64,000 nucleotides of DNA from assembly GCF_032062105.1 (NCBI RefSeq), contig NW_026931211.1, positions 124,001 to 188,000 on the forward strand. Reading direction: 5' to 3'. Positions 22,834 through 37,547 of the stretch are shown piece by piece; position 1 is the first letter of the stretch, and every line of letters begins with the position of its first letter. The DNA is from Saccostrea cucullata. Taxonomy: Eukaryota. Position numbers and translations under genes: made by a program. The notes below the pieces were generated by a model. That model made no database searches. It had not been told where the DNA came from and saw nothing but the letters and a program-made list of their open reading frames with translations.

Positions 22834-24740
22834 TCATTTCATTTCATAGAAAGTAATTGTTTTATAGTTGCTGCATACACAGCAGAGTTTTCTTTTCTCG
22901 TCAATTTTCATAAATACGGGGCTTCTCATATTTTGAAACAGTCGAATGAATTCACCAGTATTTGATATAACATGGATATTATGGCTTTTCATTCCTGCTA
23001 CGTATACATTTCCCTTTGAATCACTGTCAATTCCATATTGACATTTTAGTTCAGGACTTATGTAATCCCACAACTTTTCCATTTTCTCAGTTATTGCAGT
23101 GACTTGGTTTTCCTTCCAGTCAGTGTAAACTATATTTCCGAATTTTGTAGTTGTAATATGTGAAGCGCAATTACACTGTGTATCAGACTCTTGTATAAAG
23201 TTGCCCACATCATCGACTTTAGCAACCCCAAAACCACAGGCCAAGTAAAATTCTTCCATCCAGCTTGTTATTCCCAAATGTTCGTAATTAATTCTTATGG
23301 TCCTCAATTTCTTGAAATCAGATACAGAAAATACTCCAATAGAGTTTGAATCAATGCACGTAACAAAAAATTCATTTCCTTTTTGCAATATGTCAAAAGG
23401 GTTTTTTAAGAAGTTAATGTTTCCAATTACTTTCCATTTCTTTTCCTTAATCTCTCCATAACAAACTTTACCTTTCTCTCCATTAGAAAATATAAATATT
23501 TTGTTTGATAACCATGTTCCACTGCGTATTTTTCCTTCGGCAATACTAAATTCAGTGATTGCATAGAGCTGCACATTACTCACATCAAAATTAACTGGAA
23601 TATCATGAGCTGATTCAATGACGTCAACACATGCTATTTTCTTCATTTTTGCTATTTCTTCTAAAATAGGTTCTCTTTTAGCCATTATCTGTGTGTCTCT
23701 TGTCCTAAATCTAATAGTTTGCAACTGCTCAAACGTCTGTTTTGCTATGTAATATTTTGTAATTAAGGTTGACTCTTTCTGTTTTTCTTTGGTTTTTTTC
23801 AAGCATATCGTAACAAAAGTCAGCACACTGGGTCCCATCACTAAAGGTTGCCACATTTTTATTCAGCATTTCTTTGCCTTTTTTGACAGCAGCAGAAAAC
23901 TCATCCAGATGTTCATTTTTCAATCTCTCTATGAGACAAACAATATCATTTATGACTTTTTCAGTCTCCTCTGTGACTTTATCTAATGTGATTTCTAGCT
24001 GTGTAATACTCTTCTCTTGTTCATGTTTTCCATCTACCAGTTTCTGTTTAAAACTTCTGACATCTTCTAACATGTTGTTAATTTTGCCACTCTCTTTAAA
24101 ACTTTGTGCAACTTTTTCAACAGGTTCAACAGAATCGCACTGTCTATGCTCAATTCCCCCACATATTATACAGCAAGGTTGTTCATGTTTGTAACAATAT
24201 AGACTCAACTCATGGTCTGGGTGCTTTTTACAAATGCCATTTTTTCCAAAGGCTGACTGAATGTGTTGCGATTTTAACTCATTAAGAGGACAGATGCTAT
24301 GATCTCTTGATAACAAATGTTTTCTATGAAACTTGGTACACATTTTGCATAAAAACTCCAAACAAGATAAACAAAAGTCAGACGCTTCTTCCTCTTCGTT
24401 ATCTCTCATACAAGAATTACACATTTTTTGGTCTGGACTTACAAGAATTTTCTCCAGTATTTCATTCACAGGAAAAGTTTCAGCCCATTCCCCTGGCTTA
24501 TCAACAACTGGAATATATCTTCGACATAAGATGTAGATGTAGATATCTTCGACATAATGGGCAATTAAAACCTAAGCGTGGTTCCTCGGCCTTACACACA
24601 CTTACAATGTGTGACGATAAACAGCCATGACAAAAGGAATGGGAGCATGGTAGATATCGCGGTGTTTTAAATCTCTCAAAGCAAATAGAACAAACTGTGA
24701 CGTCCTCAAACGATGAGCTGTCAGTCAAAGCAGTGGCCAT
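22834..24740 (-). pseudogene. Intronless TRIM-like gene (RING - 2 B-box - coiled coil - NHL/beta-propeller-like) with two frameshifts
   Basis: RING CSICFERFKTPRYLPCSHSFCHGC..CPLC; B-boxes CNSC..CLSCLEFLCKMC..H and CKKH..CYKHEQPCCIIC..H; NHL-like YGIDSDSKGNVYVAGMKSHNIHVIS. Breaks: a 28-bp insertion at ~24515-24557 and an extra base in T7 at 23793-23799. Confidence 0.85.
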
Positions 24741-24904
24741 CTTCTTACAAATATCACAGTATATTTCGTATGTTAAAAAAGCCTGAGGATGTATTATAAG
24801 AACTTAGAACAACACATTTTTCATTTTTCTCAGAAGTGGGCCAGCTTTTACTTTCGATTTTGTTTAATATATTGTATTTCGAGCCCGAAGTAAATTGTCC
24901 ATCG

Positions 24905-25198
24905 TTTGATTGATTGATTGATTGTATATTGTTTAATGTCCCTCTCGAGAATTTTTCACTCATATGGAGACGCCACCACTTGCCGGTGGAGGGCTACAAA
25001 TTTTTGTCCTATGCTCGGCACTCAGGGCCTTTGAGCAGTGAGGGATCTTTTTCGTGCCAGCACCTACTGCGACACGGGGCCTCGATTTATACGGTCTCAT
25101 CCGAAGGACCGGTCTCCACGTCCCGCAGTGGGATTCGAACCCGCGACGTAAGGATTGACTCCTTACTTCGCGATTCTAGAGCAGACGCTCTAACCACT
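24905..25198 (-). mobile_element. tRNA-head SINE sharing its body with the 18953 SINE
   Basis: Minus-strand A/B boxes (agtggttagagcg..ggttcgaatccc), shared body, (AATC)n tail, 12-bp TSD tccatcgtttga. Confidence 0.8.
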
Positions 25199-25699
25199 TC
25201 CATCGTTTGAAAGGAAAAAAAACGCATGGTAAACTTTAGAATTAAGAACAGACGAGACGTTCCTTTATATAATAGATAAAACTTTTCTGAGAGTTTGTCA
25301 TTGAAGTATTGCTACTAAAACATGTTTAATCACAAAAAATTGAGGTACCTTACCAGGCATTTCTGCAAGATACCAGGGGTAGGTTTTCTAATACCTTTGG
25401 GGAAGAAAAATAATTTTCCAATTTCAAATGTTTAAGTGTTTGGATTTTTTAAAAAAACGTTTAGAAACTGGTTTAGAAACCAGAATGTTATTAAAATTTT
25501 GAATATTTTTCATACATTACGAAGATATACAAAAAAAAAAAAATGGGGAACGTCTTGTCTGACCTTAAATTAAAACTTTTATTATTCCGAATATATTTTC
25601 CAGCATTGTTATCAAACGTTTTAATTCATCTTTAAACAACTAGTTAACCAAAATCTTGAGTGACTTCATCGTCGCCAGCCAAGGGTTTCTGATATGCTA

Positions 25700-26281
25700 A
25701 TTGCGGATAAGAGATGGGTATCCCAAAGCGTAAAAGACGGACGGACGGACGTACAGACATACCAACTACTATATACCCTCCCGCTTTTCAAGCGGGTGGT
25801 ATAAATATGGTATATGAAAAGTTATTTTGAAACTTTTACTTCAATAAAATGAAAAGATTTATTATACCTCCCGCTTGAAAAGCGGGAGGATATTTAGTAA
25901 TCGGTATGTCCGTCTGAACGTCCGTCTATATCTGTACGTCCGTCCGTCTGTTACGCTTTGGGGTACCCATCTCTTATCCGAAACTCTTCTTATAATACTG
26001 AGTGAAATTAAATGAAACTTTCATCTTTATTACATATTGCCACTGTTCACCTCATATTTTACTTTTTATTCGACGCGTATTTTAGGTTTCCCATAGCAAA
26101 ACATGGACATTGCCAATATTTTCTTACCTATGACGTCACATATAAAGACTTCTGAATTTGATAGGACGGGTTATTCCTCTCTACACATTACCGTAAAACA
26201 ATATATAGTGCTCAACACATGGACATTATGGGAGGCGGAGGTATCATTTAGTGAGTTCATTGTTCACAGTACCTCTAGTTT
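25700..26281. mobile_element. Two tail-to-tail Helentron/HINE-like copies (25700-25803 +, 25860-26281 -)
   Basis: Same hairpin, microsatellite and 5' end as the other copies. Confidence 0.7.
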
Positions 26282-29200
26282 TTAGATATGATTAGACGTA
26301 TTGGTAGTAAACCAATATAAAATATGTGTTTCTTTTTCGATTCAATCTGTAATGTAGACGAGTCCTTCATAACTAGAATTTTATATAATTATAATATTTA
26401 CTATTACCAGGTATTATCTAAATCAGTGAATGGAACAGATAGAAATTTTTGAATCCCTTGCATCATCCTTGCGTAAAGTGAATCAATTCATTTTATTGAA
26501 ATAATTTTTTTAATTTACTTCTCATTTACCATATATTTAAAGTAAAAATTCAAACATGCTTAAGAATTCAAAATAAAAAAACGAGTCAGTATTTATTTCT
26601 TTTCTACCAAAGGGCAAACTGAACAGTCCAAGGTATAGCAACCATATATAATTGAAACATTTGAGTGCTTGATTGACGGAATCTGGTGAAACTGCATCGG
26701 TGTGCTTAATGTTGACTTTGCTGCGGTTTGGACTGTAGATTAATTAGTTGTGCGATTCCGTTCACCATCGAGACACCATTCCTAGTTACTGGACGTGCTT
26801 CTGTAAAGTAAGTATACCTTTTTGAGATATATATGTTGTATGAATATAATATTCTTTTAAGTTATGTACGAAGGACTTTAAATAGTTTAAGTGTTGGACG
26901 ACAAATCTTATCAATTGGTAATTGATCGTCCATTTAGAAGATACACGCAATTAAAAATTGAGCGTAAATGACATCGGGTATATATTCTTTTGTTTCAATT
27001 TTGAATTGTTTTATACCTCGGGCACTTTGAAAAAATTAATCCATAAACATGATAAAGACGACTGTACTAAACTAGCTTGAATTTTTGTTTTTTAAAATAG
27101 TTAAGATCTTTTCACTGAGTTTGCATCTAGACAATTTGTGGTATTTTCTACTCCATATTTTAATCTATTCAAAGGTTGTGTTCTCTTCCTAACAATCTCA
27201 CCCTTTCTAAATCAAATAAGATTCTAGAGTTTGCAATTCCTGTTTGTTGCCTGAATATGTGTAGAATTAATTAGGTAAACTGATAGTAATTTTTTGGGAT
27301 GTTTTATTGCAATTCAAATAAATTAACATAGGTATTTTGGTTCAATTTCATTCATACAAAGCTTTTGTTAGAAATTTGGATCGTTAGATCTTGTTTTTAT
27401 GCATGCACGGGACGTATTTACAGCGAATATAAAATATCCAAACCTATATAGATTCTAGAAATTCAATAATCAATAAATGGATATTGACCATTCTGCGATT
27501 TACCATATTCAGACTATTGTAAGTATTCAATAAAACATTGACTCAATCCTCAAGATCACGTACCTATTAATGCTTTACATTTCTATTTACCCGCATGTTT
27601 TGTTTTGTGCATGCCAATATGTATTCAACAGAATCGAAAGAAAAAGCGAGGTGGTTACCTGGAATACCTTCTGCTTTGTTGTTACACAGGTACAGGAAGG
27701 AAGGTTGAAGTAAAGCGAATGTTCATTGAATTTTTTTAAGAGGTTTGTGATAGTTTATAACTCATAATATAATTATAATAAAATTAGATTTACATGAAGA
27801 CGTTCAGGAGAGAAATGCAGTATTACATAACGCTAAAATGTCTATTTGAGTTTGGTCATACAAAGCACAATGCTAGATGCAATACCGTCTTGTTGAATTA
27901 TTCAGAAAATTGTCCACCCCTACTAATGTGTTCGGAACCTTTTATTTTTCGGTGTTCTGCAAATTATAAAACCCGATGAGTTCAGAGTAGCTCTGGCAGT
28001 GGCTCTGGCGAGAGTTAGCGAGACTTCAGCGAGATAGGGTAAATTATTCACGGAAATGTGGCTAGGAAGTGACTAGCACGTTGAGGCATGGTAAACAGGA
28101 AAGTTATGTTGCGTTTCAGTTTTCACCACCCTAGAATCAGCTGATAATGTCTGTAGAACTGTACTTCACTCAATCGATCTCTCTTACATTCATTCAAACT
28201 TAAATAAGTACTCTCTATAATACAATTTTCTGCAGTCATGAATTAAAATTTCTCTTTGGACAAATAATTTTGCATGGGAACCGGGACTATATTTTTTGGC
28301 GTCAGATTAGCAAATGAGGCACCAGCATGATTTTAATTAACTGACCAATCAGCTGAATGAGTATTGCATTATGGGTTACTACGAATACTACAGGAATTTT
28401 ACACTTGAAAAAAAAACTTATGATAAATGAAAAGCATTTTTTAAAATATTATTTTCATGCTCATAATGACAAACAATTCATTTGTGAAATAAACGGTGGA
28501 AGGCTAGGTTTCTGAAAGTCATGCTGCAAAAGCGATGTGCGTCTGTATTAATTCCTTTGTTGTACTATCGGTGAATACAATTGCCAGGTGGATTCCTTGG
28601 CCGAACACGTGATCACGATCGTAAACAAAGTTTTGTCCATTTAAATACCCTTGAACAGTGCTGGTGTTCGTGGTAAGATCCTCTGTGCGCATTTATAACA
28701 CTAGCTATATAAGGCAAACAAAGGTTTGTCAGAGTAGATTATAATACACATTTTTACCAGCGAATCGGTCGCTAGTGAGCTCTAATTTTCGCCGAAAAGT
28801 ATAAGATATATTGTTATTTTAACACCCCTCCTTTATCCACTTTTTTTCTGTTGAAAATCATGAGAGTCTTTCAGAAAGGTCTGGAAACATTTACTAGAGG
28901 ACATGTTTTCAAAAGAAACAGGCTATAGCAATATCATGTTTACTGCCAATTTTATTTATAAAACCGGTTCTACCCTATAACCTTTGAATAGATCAACCTA
29001 AACCACGTGTCTTGAATTTAAATCACAATAACATTAGTAGGGGTGTTGTCGATCATTGAAATTTGTCCTTCAAAACCAGATAGTGAATTATGATAGGAAA
29101 AATGATACTGCGTCACTTAACGTTTCCTTGGCAATCCTATTGAAAAATAAAGGTTAAAGATAACGATAATATCAATGTCATAAAGACATAAAACAATGTA

Positions 29201-30850
29201 AATAGGGGAACAGAACATGGACAAGAACCCTTGGAAACTCCAGAGTTGTATTGATCAAGAAGAATTATATAAAAAAAACCTAATCTTTAAGGTAAAAATC
29301 CATTTTCAAGAAGCAAAGGGTTAATTGTTTTTTTAAAGGACAATATTTCTGACATATGGAAGTAAAATTATATCAGAGGCAACAGCTGAAATATTTATTC
29401 AAACCTTTCGCAATTAGGGTATAACTAAATTTAAATAATCATGTTTGAAGAACCCAACAAATTTAAGATTTAAAAGTAGTATTTTAAAAATACTGAAGAA
29501 TAACGCTCCATGAAACAACTCTTTCTTCAGCTTACCATCACCTACCTCATTAAAGCGTTCTGTTAGCTGTGATTTTCCTCGAAAAGAAAGCAATTGAAAT
29601 CTGCCAGCCAATAAACATAAAGATTATAAATGCTGTGATATGCTATTATCTTACTTGAAACGATGACCGAAGTAGATTTTCAAACGAAATTTAAATTTGT
29701 CCGTTGCCTGTTGTCATTATTGTCTACAAAGTTATTGAAAAATACATTAAGTTTATAAAACAAGGATGTCAACAGTTCGGCTTAAAGTCAACAATTTTCA
29801 AAATCTGAGTTTTGGTGTCTCAGATCAACAACGGATGCTTACTCATAGAGGCCACCTGATCCCAATCTGTTTGAAAGATCTGTTAGTCCTGGTCATAATC
29901 TGTATTGTTAAATTAGATTTTTGAGTATTGTTCTTTTTCTTAACACTTTATTTTCCTAAACCTTTCTCCAGACCCAAACGAGGAGCAGGGTATCACTGTG
30001 TAAAAGGAATTCAAATTTGATCAAATGAAGGCATGCCTTTTTAAGGGGGATTCATTTTTTTTAAAAAAGATATAAAAGTGGTTTTCTTAAAATGATCCTT
30101 TTTGCCAAAAAAGTTGAAACTCAAAAACTCATTTGAAGCGTCATATACCTTAGGGTCCAAGTTGTTCAAAATATGGTTATTGGATGTTGGGTGGGTCACA
30201 ATTAAGGATTAATAGTTAACATGAGAAATTTAAAAATTCGTGCCCTCTTAAAAATACCTATACATGTATCCACAGGTAGCTTAAATTTTTGCAGGGACAG
30301 GAGTCAATCAGTCAAAGCCTAATATAGACTAGGGCCTCTTGCTTAAAATGTATATCATTTTATTATATAGTCTATTTATATAATCTATATAATCTATACA
30401 AGCACAAACAGTTCATAACACTACATATTCACCTGATTTTAGGCCGTATTCACCGGAGGGTCAATGCGCGTGCAACGGCATTGTGACGTCACAATCAAAA
30501 TATCGAACAACGTTGTAAACAATGGTTGCAACGGCCGCAGCGAGCTACGTATCTGAGCAGGAAAACAATTATTCAAATCTATTTCAGGATTATTTTTTAA
30601 CATCTGGACGTCTTAGACATAGCGAAACTCGGAAAGGAAAACACAGAGATTACAAACAGTAATCTGGAGATTTTTTTTATTTTCAACAATGAAAGATCGC
30701 AAATGAAAATGGAATAACAAACCATATTCAACACCAAAAGAGTCCATAATTGTATAATATGTTCTGCTGCTGAAATGTTGGTCAGTAAAAAGGAAGCATA
30801 TTTCACCATAAACGTTAACTTGTCTTTTTATTGACAGATTAGAATCGGTC

Positions 30851-32450
30851 ATGAGTGCATCAGATTCCATAATGGCCCAAGAGGTCTATCTTTGTAACTT
30901 CTGCAGTGGTCAGGCTGCCGAAATTTGCTGTAAAAGTTGTCAGGCTTATCTGTGTAGGAATTGCGTTGCTAACCACCTTCAGCAACTGAAGGATGAACGA
31001 CATGACATCGTGCCGTTTAAAAAGAGACGAAGGCGGCGATGTACGTCACATCCGGATCACCGATGTGAGGCCTTTTGTAAGGACTGTCAGGAGCACGTGT
31101 GCCTGAAATGTTTGATTGGAGGACATAGACTTCATGACGTAGACGAATACCCAGTTGTTATCCAATCAGAAAAAAGGACAGAAGATAAAGATGAAGATGA
31201 AAATGCTAGCGTAGATGAAGAGATCGTTGAATCTAATGCTAGTAAAAAATGCTGCACTTTCTTCCTACAACCAGTTCTTTCAATGCGCAGATGTAAGTTT
31301 GCAGATTTCTACTTTTTTCCAGATCCAAGTTATGATTTGCAAAATGTGATTGGTAATTAAAGTAGACGACAATATACCGGTATCTAATTCAAATGAATAA
31401 AAATTTATTCTTCCGACACGCAGGAGTCTGCGAACATGAACTTTGTATTAGAATACCATTGAATTACCAAGTTACCTATTAAAGTTATAATTGTATTTTT
31501 TTCTTATTAGGTTGCATATCTGTGCTACAGTGTGGACCAATGTCAAAATTGATTTGTTGTGCAATTTTGTTCACCATAGGGTTAACACTCTTACTTATTG
31601 GATGCATTCCTTTCATGCAAGTATACAGTGTCAAGAAATATTCAATACGCAAGAGTATGCTTTAAATTTAACATTCTGCAAGACGACACAAGCTATTTAC
31701 AAACAAGTTAATGCTTCAAGGATTTAATTCCTATTCGTTATCTTCATATTTAACGATTCAGAGAAGTGACAAGTATTGTAGATGAATTTCTTTTCTGGTT
31801 TCAGGAATTTCTATCCTTTCTTCGTTGCCTTCTTTTATGTTTGGTTTGCCCTCTGTTCTCCTTTACGCCGATATTTACCAGGCTTGTCGAAATACCCAGA
31901 TCTTTCGCTATTCCTTGCCACTGGTGCCTTCGTTTCAGCCAACGCTTTTCCGATTGTACTCACTAACAGTTCCAAGGTAGGTTTTAATTTTTGTTTTTTG
32001 GAAAACCAAATTTTTTTTTACATTGCACACGTGCAAGTGTCAAACTGTCTTCATGTTTTAGAGCTTTGGAGGGTTTCACTATTTTAATTATTTTATTAAT
32101 TATTTTCATATACTGTCATGTATTTAAATATCATAAAAGGGAGAACTGAAGGAATAAATTGAATTTTTATTTGTCAAGGGTTTCCAAAATTTGTCTTAAA
32201 TATCCACTCCACATCAACTGTAACAATCACACGCATATTGATATGTAATATCTTATATTTAAAAAGATAAATACAACCTTGATACATTGGGTAGGATTGA
32301 AAACAGTTTCTGTTAAAACATACTTTACTTCTTTTTCAGATCACAGGTACAGCATGTGTCTTCTCAATATTCGGCAACATTTTTATATTCATCTCTATTT
32401 ATAAAATGTTTTCTGAAGCAGAGAATCCTATCCCTCAAGAAACAGAATGA
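30851..32450 (+). CDS. Chimeric double B-box + Vps55/LEPROT-like membrane protein, copy 1, 276 aa. Exons: 30851-31292, 31511-31616, 31805-31976, 32340-32450
   Basis: Phases 1/2/0 give an 831-nt ORF. The B-boxes are followed by KLICCAILFTIGLTLLLIGCIPF / NFYPFFVAFFY..LSLFLATGAFVSANAFPIVL / ITGTACVFSIFGNIF, collinear with LEPROT exons 2-4. Intron 2 needs a GC donor. Confidence 0.8.
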
Positions 32451-33339
32451 ATATAAGAAAATGCATACATATATTAACTAATTATTTTGCGAGTACGTAT
32501 TATCGCAAAATAAATGGCTCTATTAAGTCTATATACTGGTTTAATCATAACTACATGATTGTCAGGATGCAGTCTACATTTCGAGAATTACCGAAATACG
32601 AATATGTAATTTAAAGACGGAATTTTTTAAAGCAAAAAAAAAAAAACGTACCAATAAAGAAAATGTCGATGAATGTGAGACTTTTCAGACGAGGGAAGAA
32701 ATTTGGACCTCTAATAAAAACGGTACACATGCATCTAATCATTGTACGTAGGCGATCTAAATGATTCATCGATTCTTTTCCTTATTGAAACTTCAAAAAA
32801 CCCGCAATCTTTTTTTTTAAAGTTTGTGCAACCAAGAAAATCGGTTACTTTTTATTAAGACTACGACGTTTCTTTCGTTTTCAAGTAGCTATAATTTCAA
32901 GTAGATTTGTAAATATGCATAGTTGAACTTAATAAAATCATCAAATGCATCACTGCTTAATATCATTATCTTTTTATAACATTTAATAAATTTTAAAAGC
33001 CATAAATATCGTCGATTTATTTATGCACGTTTGTATACAGAAACAACCTGTCCCACCTCCCTGTCGAAATGGATACTTTTTGCGCCTCTATCGTAGGAGA
33101 GTTACAATCTCGAAACTGGCGTATTGGCAAGAACAATTATTCTCCAGAAGGCGGTTGATCTTTATATCAAAAAATGATTAGTATTTTCTGATATCAAATT
33201 ATCGATTTTTTGATATCAGAAAATAAGAGCCAAGTAAAATTACGATCTACTTAACAATTGCTCCCCGTGATGAACATTCACCTTTCCGCCACACAAATTT
33301 GTTGCGAACTTTGTTGGGTTCTAATAAGTTTAGGACATT

Positions 33340-33520
33340 TCTGGATGTTAGGATGCCAGCGTTCTTCTGCATTTTTGATGATATTTTTAATCATTTATTT
33401 TGAATACATAACTTAAGCACAAACTTTATGGATAGCGCATACTTCACATTGAAGAATGAACTGCGATCACACAACGAGTACTTGCTGGTGAGCTGTGATG
33501 TAACATCACTTTACACAAAA
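33340..33520 (+). mobile_element. Small Penelope-like RT fragment within a (GATATCA)-rich repeat (33150-34090)
   Basis: Translation LLVSCDVTSLYT at ~33482-33517 resembles the PLE RT motif. Confidence 0.45.
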
Positions 33521-34877
33521 TCAACTGGAGAAGCTAATTAATTGCTGGTGTTGTCTAAGCCCGACCTAAAGCACACCTAGATCATTTACTCAGATTTATC
33601 CCACAAAGTGATATATTAGGCAAATAAATATGACCAAAAATATCGAGAACACTTATTCATTAGGCACTGAAGTTCAGGATTTTCTACCGTTCAAGGGAGT
33701 ATTCAATTTTCATGTAAAAATTCTTTGCCATTTTATTTTATTTTATAATATCAAAAATATATTTTGTGATATGAAGAAATCAATTTGAATCTTGATATCA
33801 GAAATTCGAATTTTTTATATCAGAAAGATGACTTATTTTAGATATCAAGAATTCAAATTTTTTCTATTAAAAAAAAATGATGTTTTTTTTAATAGTATAA
33901 AATCCCAAAGATTTTTTGATATCAAAAATTCGATTCTTGATATCATAAAATGATTTTCTGATATCAGAAATTCGAATTTTTCGATATTAAAAATCTTCTT
34001 CATTTTCTGATATCAAAAAATATATTTTCCGATATCAGAAAATAATTTTTTGATATCAGAAAATACCTTTAAAATATTATAACGGCGCCCCATTGTATTT
34101 CTCAACAAATGCTTATGCATACCTATACTTCTGCCTTCCCCAGACGCAATGCACCAAACGTTTATTTCACTAAAACTATATTTATATGTACGATAAGTAC
34201 CTTTTACTGTGACAAAGAGCTACGTTCACTTTATGCAGAAATGACCCTGTCTTTATATCAAATATTTGACTATCACTCTATGTCCTATTTCATAGAGGCC
34301 CCTATCAAACTAAAGTAGAGACTTAGTGCTTTCATTTCCTACTAAAGAATTCCTTTCTGAGAATTGAGGTATTTGAAAACAAGCTTTGAGAAAATGTAAC
34401 GTTCCTTAATTTTGCAGAAAACATGCGTATCTGACTACCTTCAGCAATGAATTTTTAACATGATCACAGCCTACGATCCAAAAATTGAAACACATTTTAT
34501 GATCTATAGTAGTTCTCTCGTTATGTAATTGCATATTTTGGATCAGAAGTTGTACTCCATAGGAAATATTGAAACAAGACTTCAACTTTTGGTCATTTAA
34601 AAGGAATTTACAGGCTATTGGAAAAATGTCGCATTTTATGACGTCATAATATTTTACTACATAGAAAATTACGTCATGTTCAACAGTTGCACAGTCACCA
34701 AGGATCCAAGTAATAAATACTAGAACTACATTTTAAATTAAAAGTGAAAAATTTCGACTTTTCAGAAATTCATAGGACCATAAAAGGCCCTAAGTGGCTA
34801 TTGTTCTTTGTTGTTTGTATGAAATAAAAAGAATTAGTTTGACAAACAATAACTTCAACCCCTGAGGATTTTAGCTT

Positions 34878-35170
34878 TGTTTGTTTGTTGTTTAAGTTTA
34901 ACGTCCTTCTCCGGAATTTTTTTTACTCATATGGAGACGCCACCACTTGCCGGTGGAAGCCTGCAAATTGATCTATGCTCGACACGCAGAGCTATTGATT
35001 AGTAGAAGGTTCTTTTTCTTACCAACACCCGCTGCTACACAGGACGTCGGTTTACCTTGTTTGTGTTCTAATCCCAGGACCGGTCTCCACGTCCAACAGT
35101 GCTTTCAAATCCGCCACGGAAGGATCAGCTTTCTACTTCTCGACTCTAAAGCTGAAGCTCTAGCCACTGC
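34878..35170 (-). mobile_element. Diverged copy of the tRNA-head SINE
   Basis: ctcatatggagacgccaccacttgccggtgga is shared with the 24905-25198 copy. Confidence 0.75.
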
Positions 35171-35928
35171 TCCACATTTTTTAATTGTCATTGATCATTG
35201 GCGACAGGACTTTATTTCTACTAGTATTTGATTACTGTCCATGATTCTTCTAGACGTCTGGCTAAATATGAACGAGCAGACCTGAACACTTTGGTAAAAT
35301 GGATCAGGTGTTTTAGAAATATTTCAAGGAATCGTATAAGCCTAAGAACGTGAAAAGTCGATATGTGATCTATTTATCTATTTGCTTTACTAACTGAAAG
35401 ATGATAAAGATATTAAAAAATCTACATAAAGTTATGCAAAGGTGAAATATGTTGATATAATGAACAGTATTTAAGCACAAACAGCTCATTAAACATTATT
35501 GAAAAAGGAGCATTTAGCAACCATATGCATGGACATCTAAAACATTAGAGGTAGGATCAGATGCCGAAGAGAAGTGAATATCCCTTGCCGACCGCAAATA
35601 CACTGCGTGTTATGTTCGAGAAATAACGGGAAAATCCGTCGACAATTCAGTGTCAAAATAATTGCTTAACAGTCAGTATGAAAAAAGTTAGTCATCATTT
35701 TATTCAGTGGTAGGTTGTATTTGAATTCACCCACGATTAATTTAAGTACAGACTTTGTTAAAGTTGTTAAAATGCATTTGATTGTTCACACAAGTACTCT
35801 GAAGTTGATATCTAAAAGATGCTTGAGTTTCTGATGGAAGGTCTTCCAATTTATTGGAATTCCCATGGATATATTTTGTGTCCCATTATTAGACGACTGA
35901 TTTTCCCGTTATTTCTCCATGACACCAG

Positions 35929-37244
35929 GGGCTTGTAACATAAAGCTTGCTAAGTTTTTGACTTAAGTAGGGTCATAAGTGCGGTTTAGGCACAATCTTA
36001 GGATCTTTCTACGTGTAAGTACTACTTAAGTATGCCCTAAACCGTAACACAAAGCGAACTAAGCTAGGTTAACTTTTAACTTATGTTAAAAATATTTCAT
36101 AAGAGTCAACCTATAGTTTTTGATTTTATATAGATACATTGCTAAATGTGATTCAGTTAGGGTTTTAATTAATTACAAATTAAAGTTGACGTCCTTACCT
36201 ATCGGTTTAAGTTATGTTAGATTAGATTTCGTATTAAAATTATAATTATGTTATAAACTATTCGGAATGTTAGAAAACAAATACTGCACGCTTAGAAAGT
36301 GGCGATTTGTGGTTCATTGTAAATGTTCACGACAATTGTTTATCACCTTAGATGTTTTCAGTTTACCTTAAATTGTATCTCTATTGTTTTGATAAATGTT
36401 CACTTACCCTGTAATTATCGCAGACAAGAAAAGATAATCGACCTTCTATTCACTCGAAATTGAAACTCCAAAAAGTTCAATACATTTTGAATCCCCGCTA
36501 TGTATTAGGCCATGCAGGTCAGAAGCAAAAAATGCAGAAGTTTTATGACATACTCATTTGCCATATAATCAAGGATACAAAAAAAAAAATCGGGATATGT
36601 CTCCACTTATCAGCAATTCTCCCTCTCTCTCTAGAAATGTAGTGATCCCTGTCTAAATCCGCACTGGTTGCGTTCTACATTTATTCTAAACTTTAAACAG
36701 ATACTTTTATTACTGTTATAGTCATAATCCCCTTTCTTGTCTGTTTTTAACAAATTATTTCAACTCATTTTTCAAAGTGAACATACAGATCCATGATTTA
36801 TTGCTGTGTACAATTTATAACTACCGGTATAACCGAGTTCCCACTTATTTCAGACGTATCCCTATATTAAATTTTGTGTTTACTCGTATGCTGTGTTTTG
36901 AGTGAAATTGGAATCAGTGATCCGCCCCCCTCCCCCCCCCCCCCCAACGAAAAATTAAAATTCTTAAATCAGCGCGTCAAATAGAGATATCAAATAGAGA
37001 TAATTATTTTCTTGAATGCATAATATGAATAAGGAATCTTTTAACATCGAAAGTCAACATTAAATAACTCTAAATATATGTACAAGAAAGTTAATATATA
37101 CTTAAGTCACTTCTACCGGCCGCCTAAGTTTTGCTAAGATTGGCAAATCTAAGTACGCTTCTAGTTACGGTCTTAAGTTTTAGACTGTACTTAAGTCCTA
37201 CTTAAGCACGGTCTTAGACTTAAGTAGCCTTTATGTTACGACCC
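35929..37244. mobile_element. Harbinger-like TIR element inserted into a Penelope-like 3' core
   Basis: TIR gggcttgtaacataaag / ctttatgttacgaccc with CAG/CTG flanks; the host sequence ccatgacac|..|ctgatctcacctctga resumes after it. Confidence 0.65.
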
Positions 37245-37547
37245 CTGATCTCACCTCTGATGTTTTGGACGTCCTTGTTTGTTCAGCTCTTATATTGTAT
37301 TGTTTTATGTACTTTTGAGCTTGAATACTGTTCGTTATCTCCATATATTTCATCAGTAAAATAAGAAATCCTATTAAATCCTCATAAATTCATTATGGGA
37401 GTAATTCCATTAACTAGGGAAAAGCTCGTTGGTTTTTAAAGTGTACTTTTTCGAGTTAAATATCTATTTGTTGATTAACATCGGTTGATGAATGACTACT
37501 TCTGCTATTTCACTATGTACAAAAGTTATAATTTATGGGGTCCCCAC

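Noticed and set aside
26690-26815. Possible non-coding first exon (donor aa|gtaagt near 26808) for chimera copy 1
   Set aside because: Only a donor motif supports it; it cannot be linked without transcripts.
30851-31360. Stand-alone single-exon B-box genes as given by the ORF track (also 53037-53426)
   Set aside because: Both ORFs run through strong phase-1 donors that splice in frame to the Vps55-like exons.
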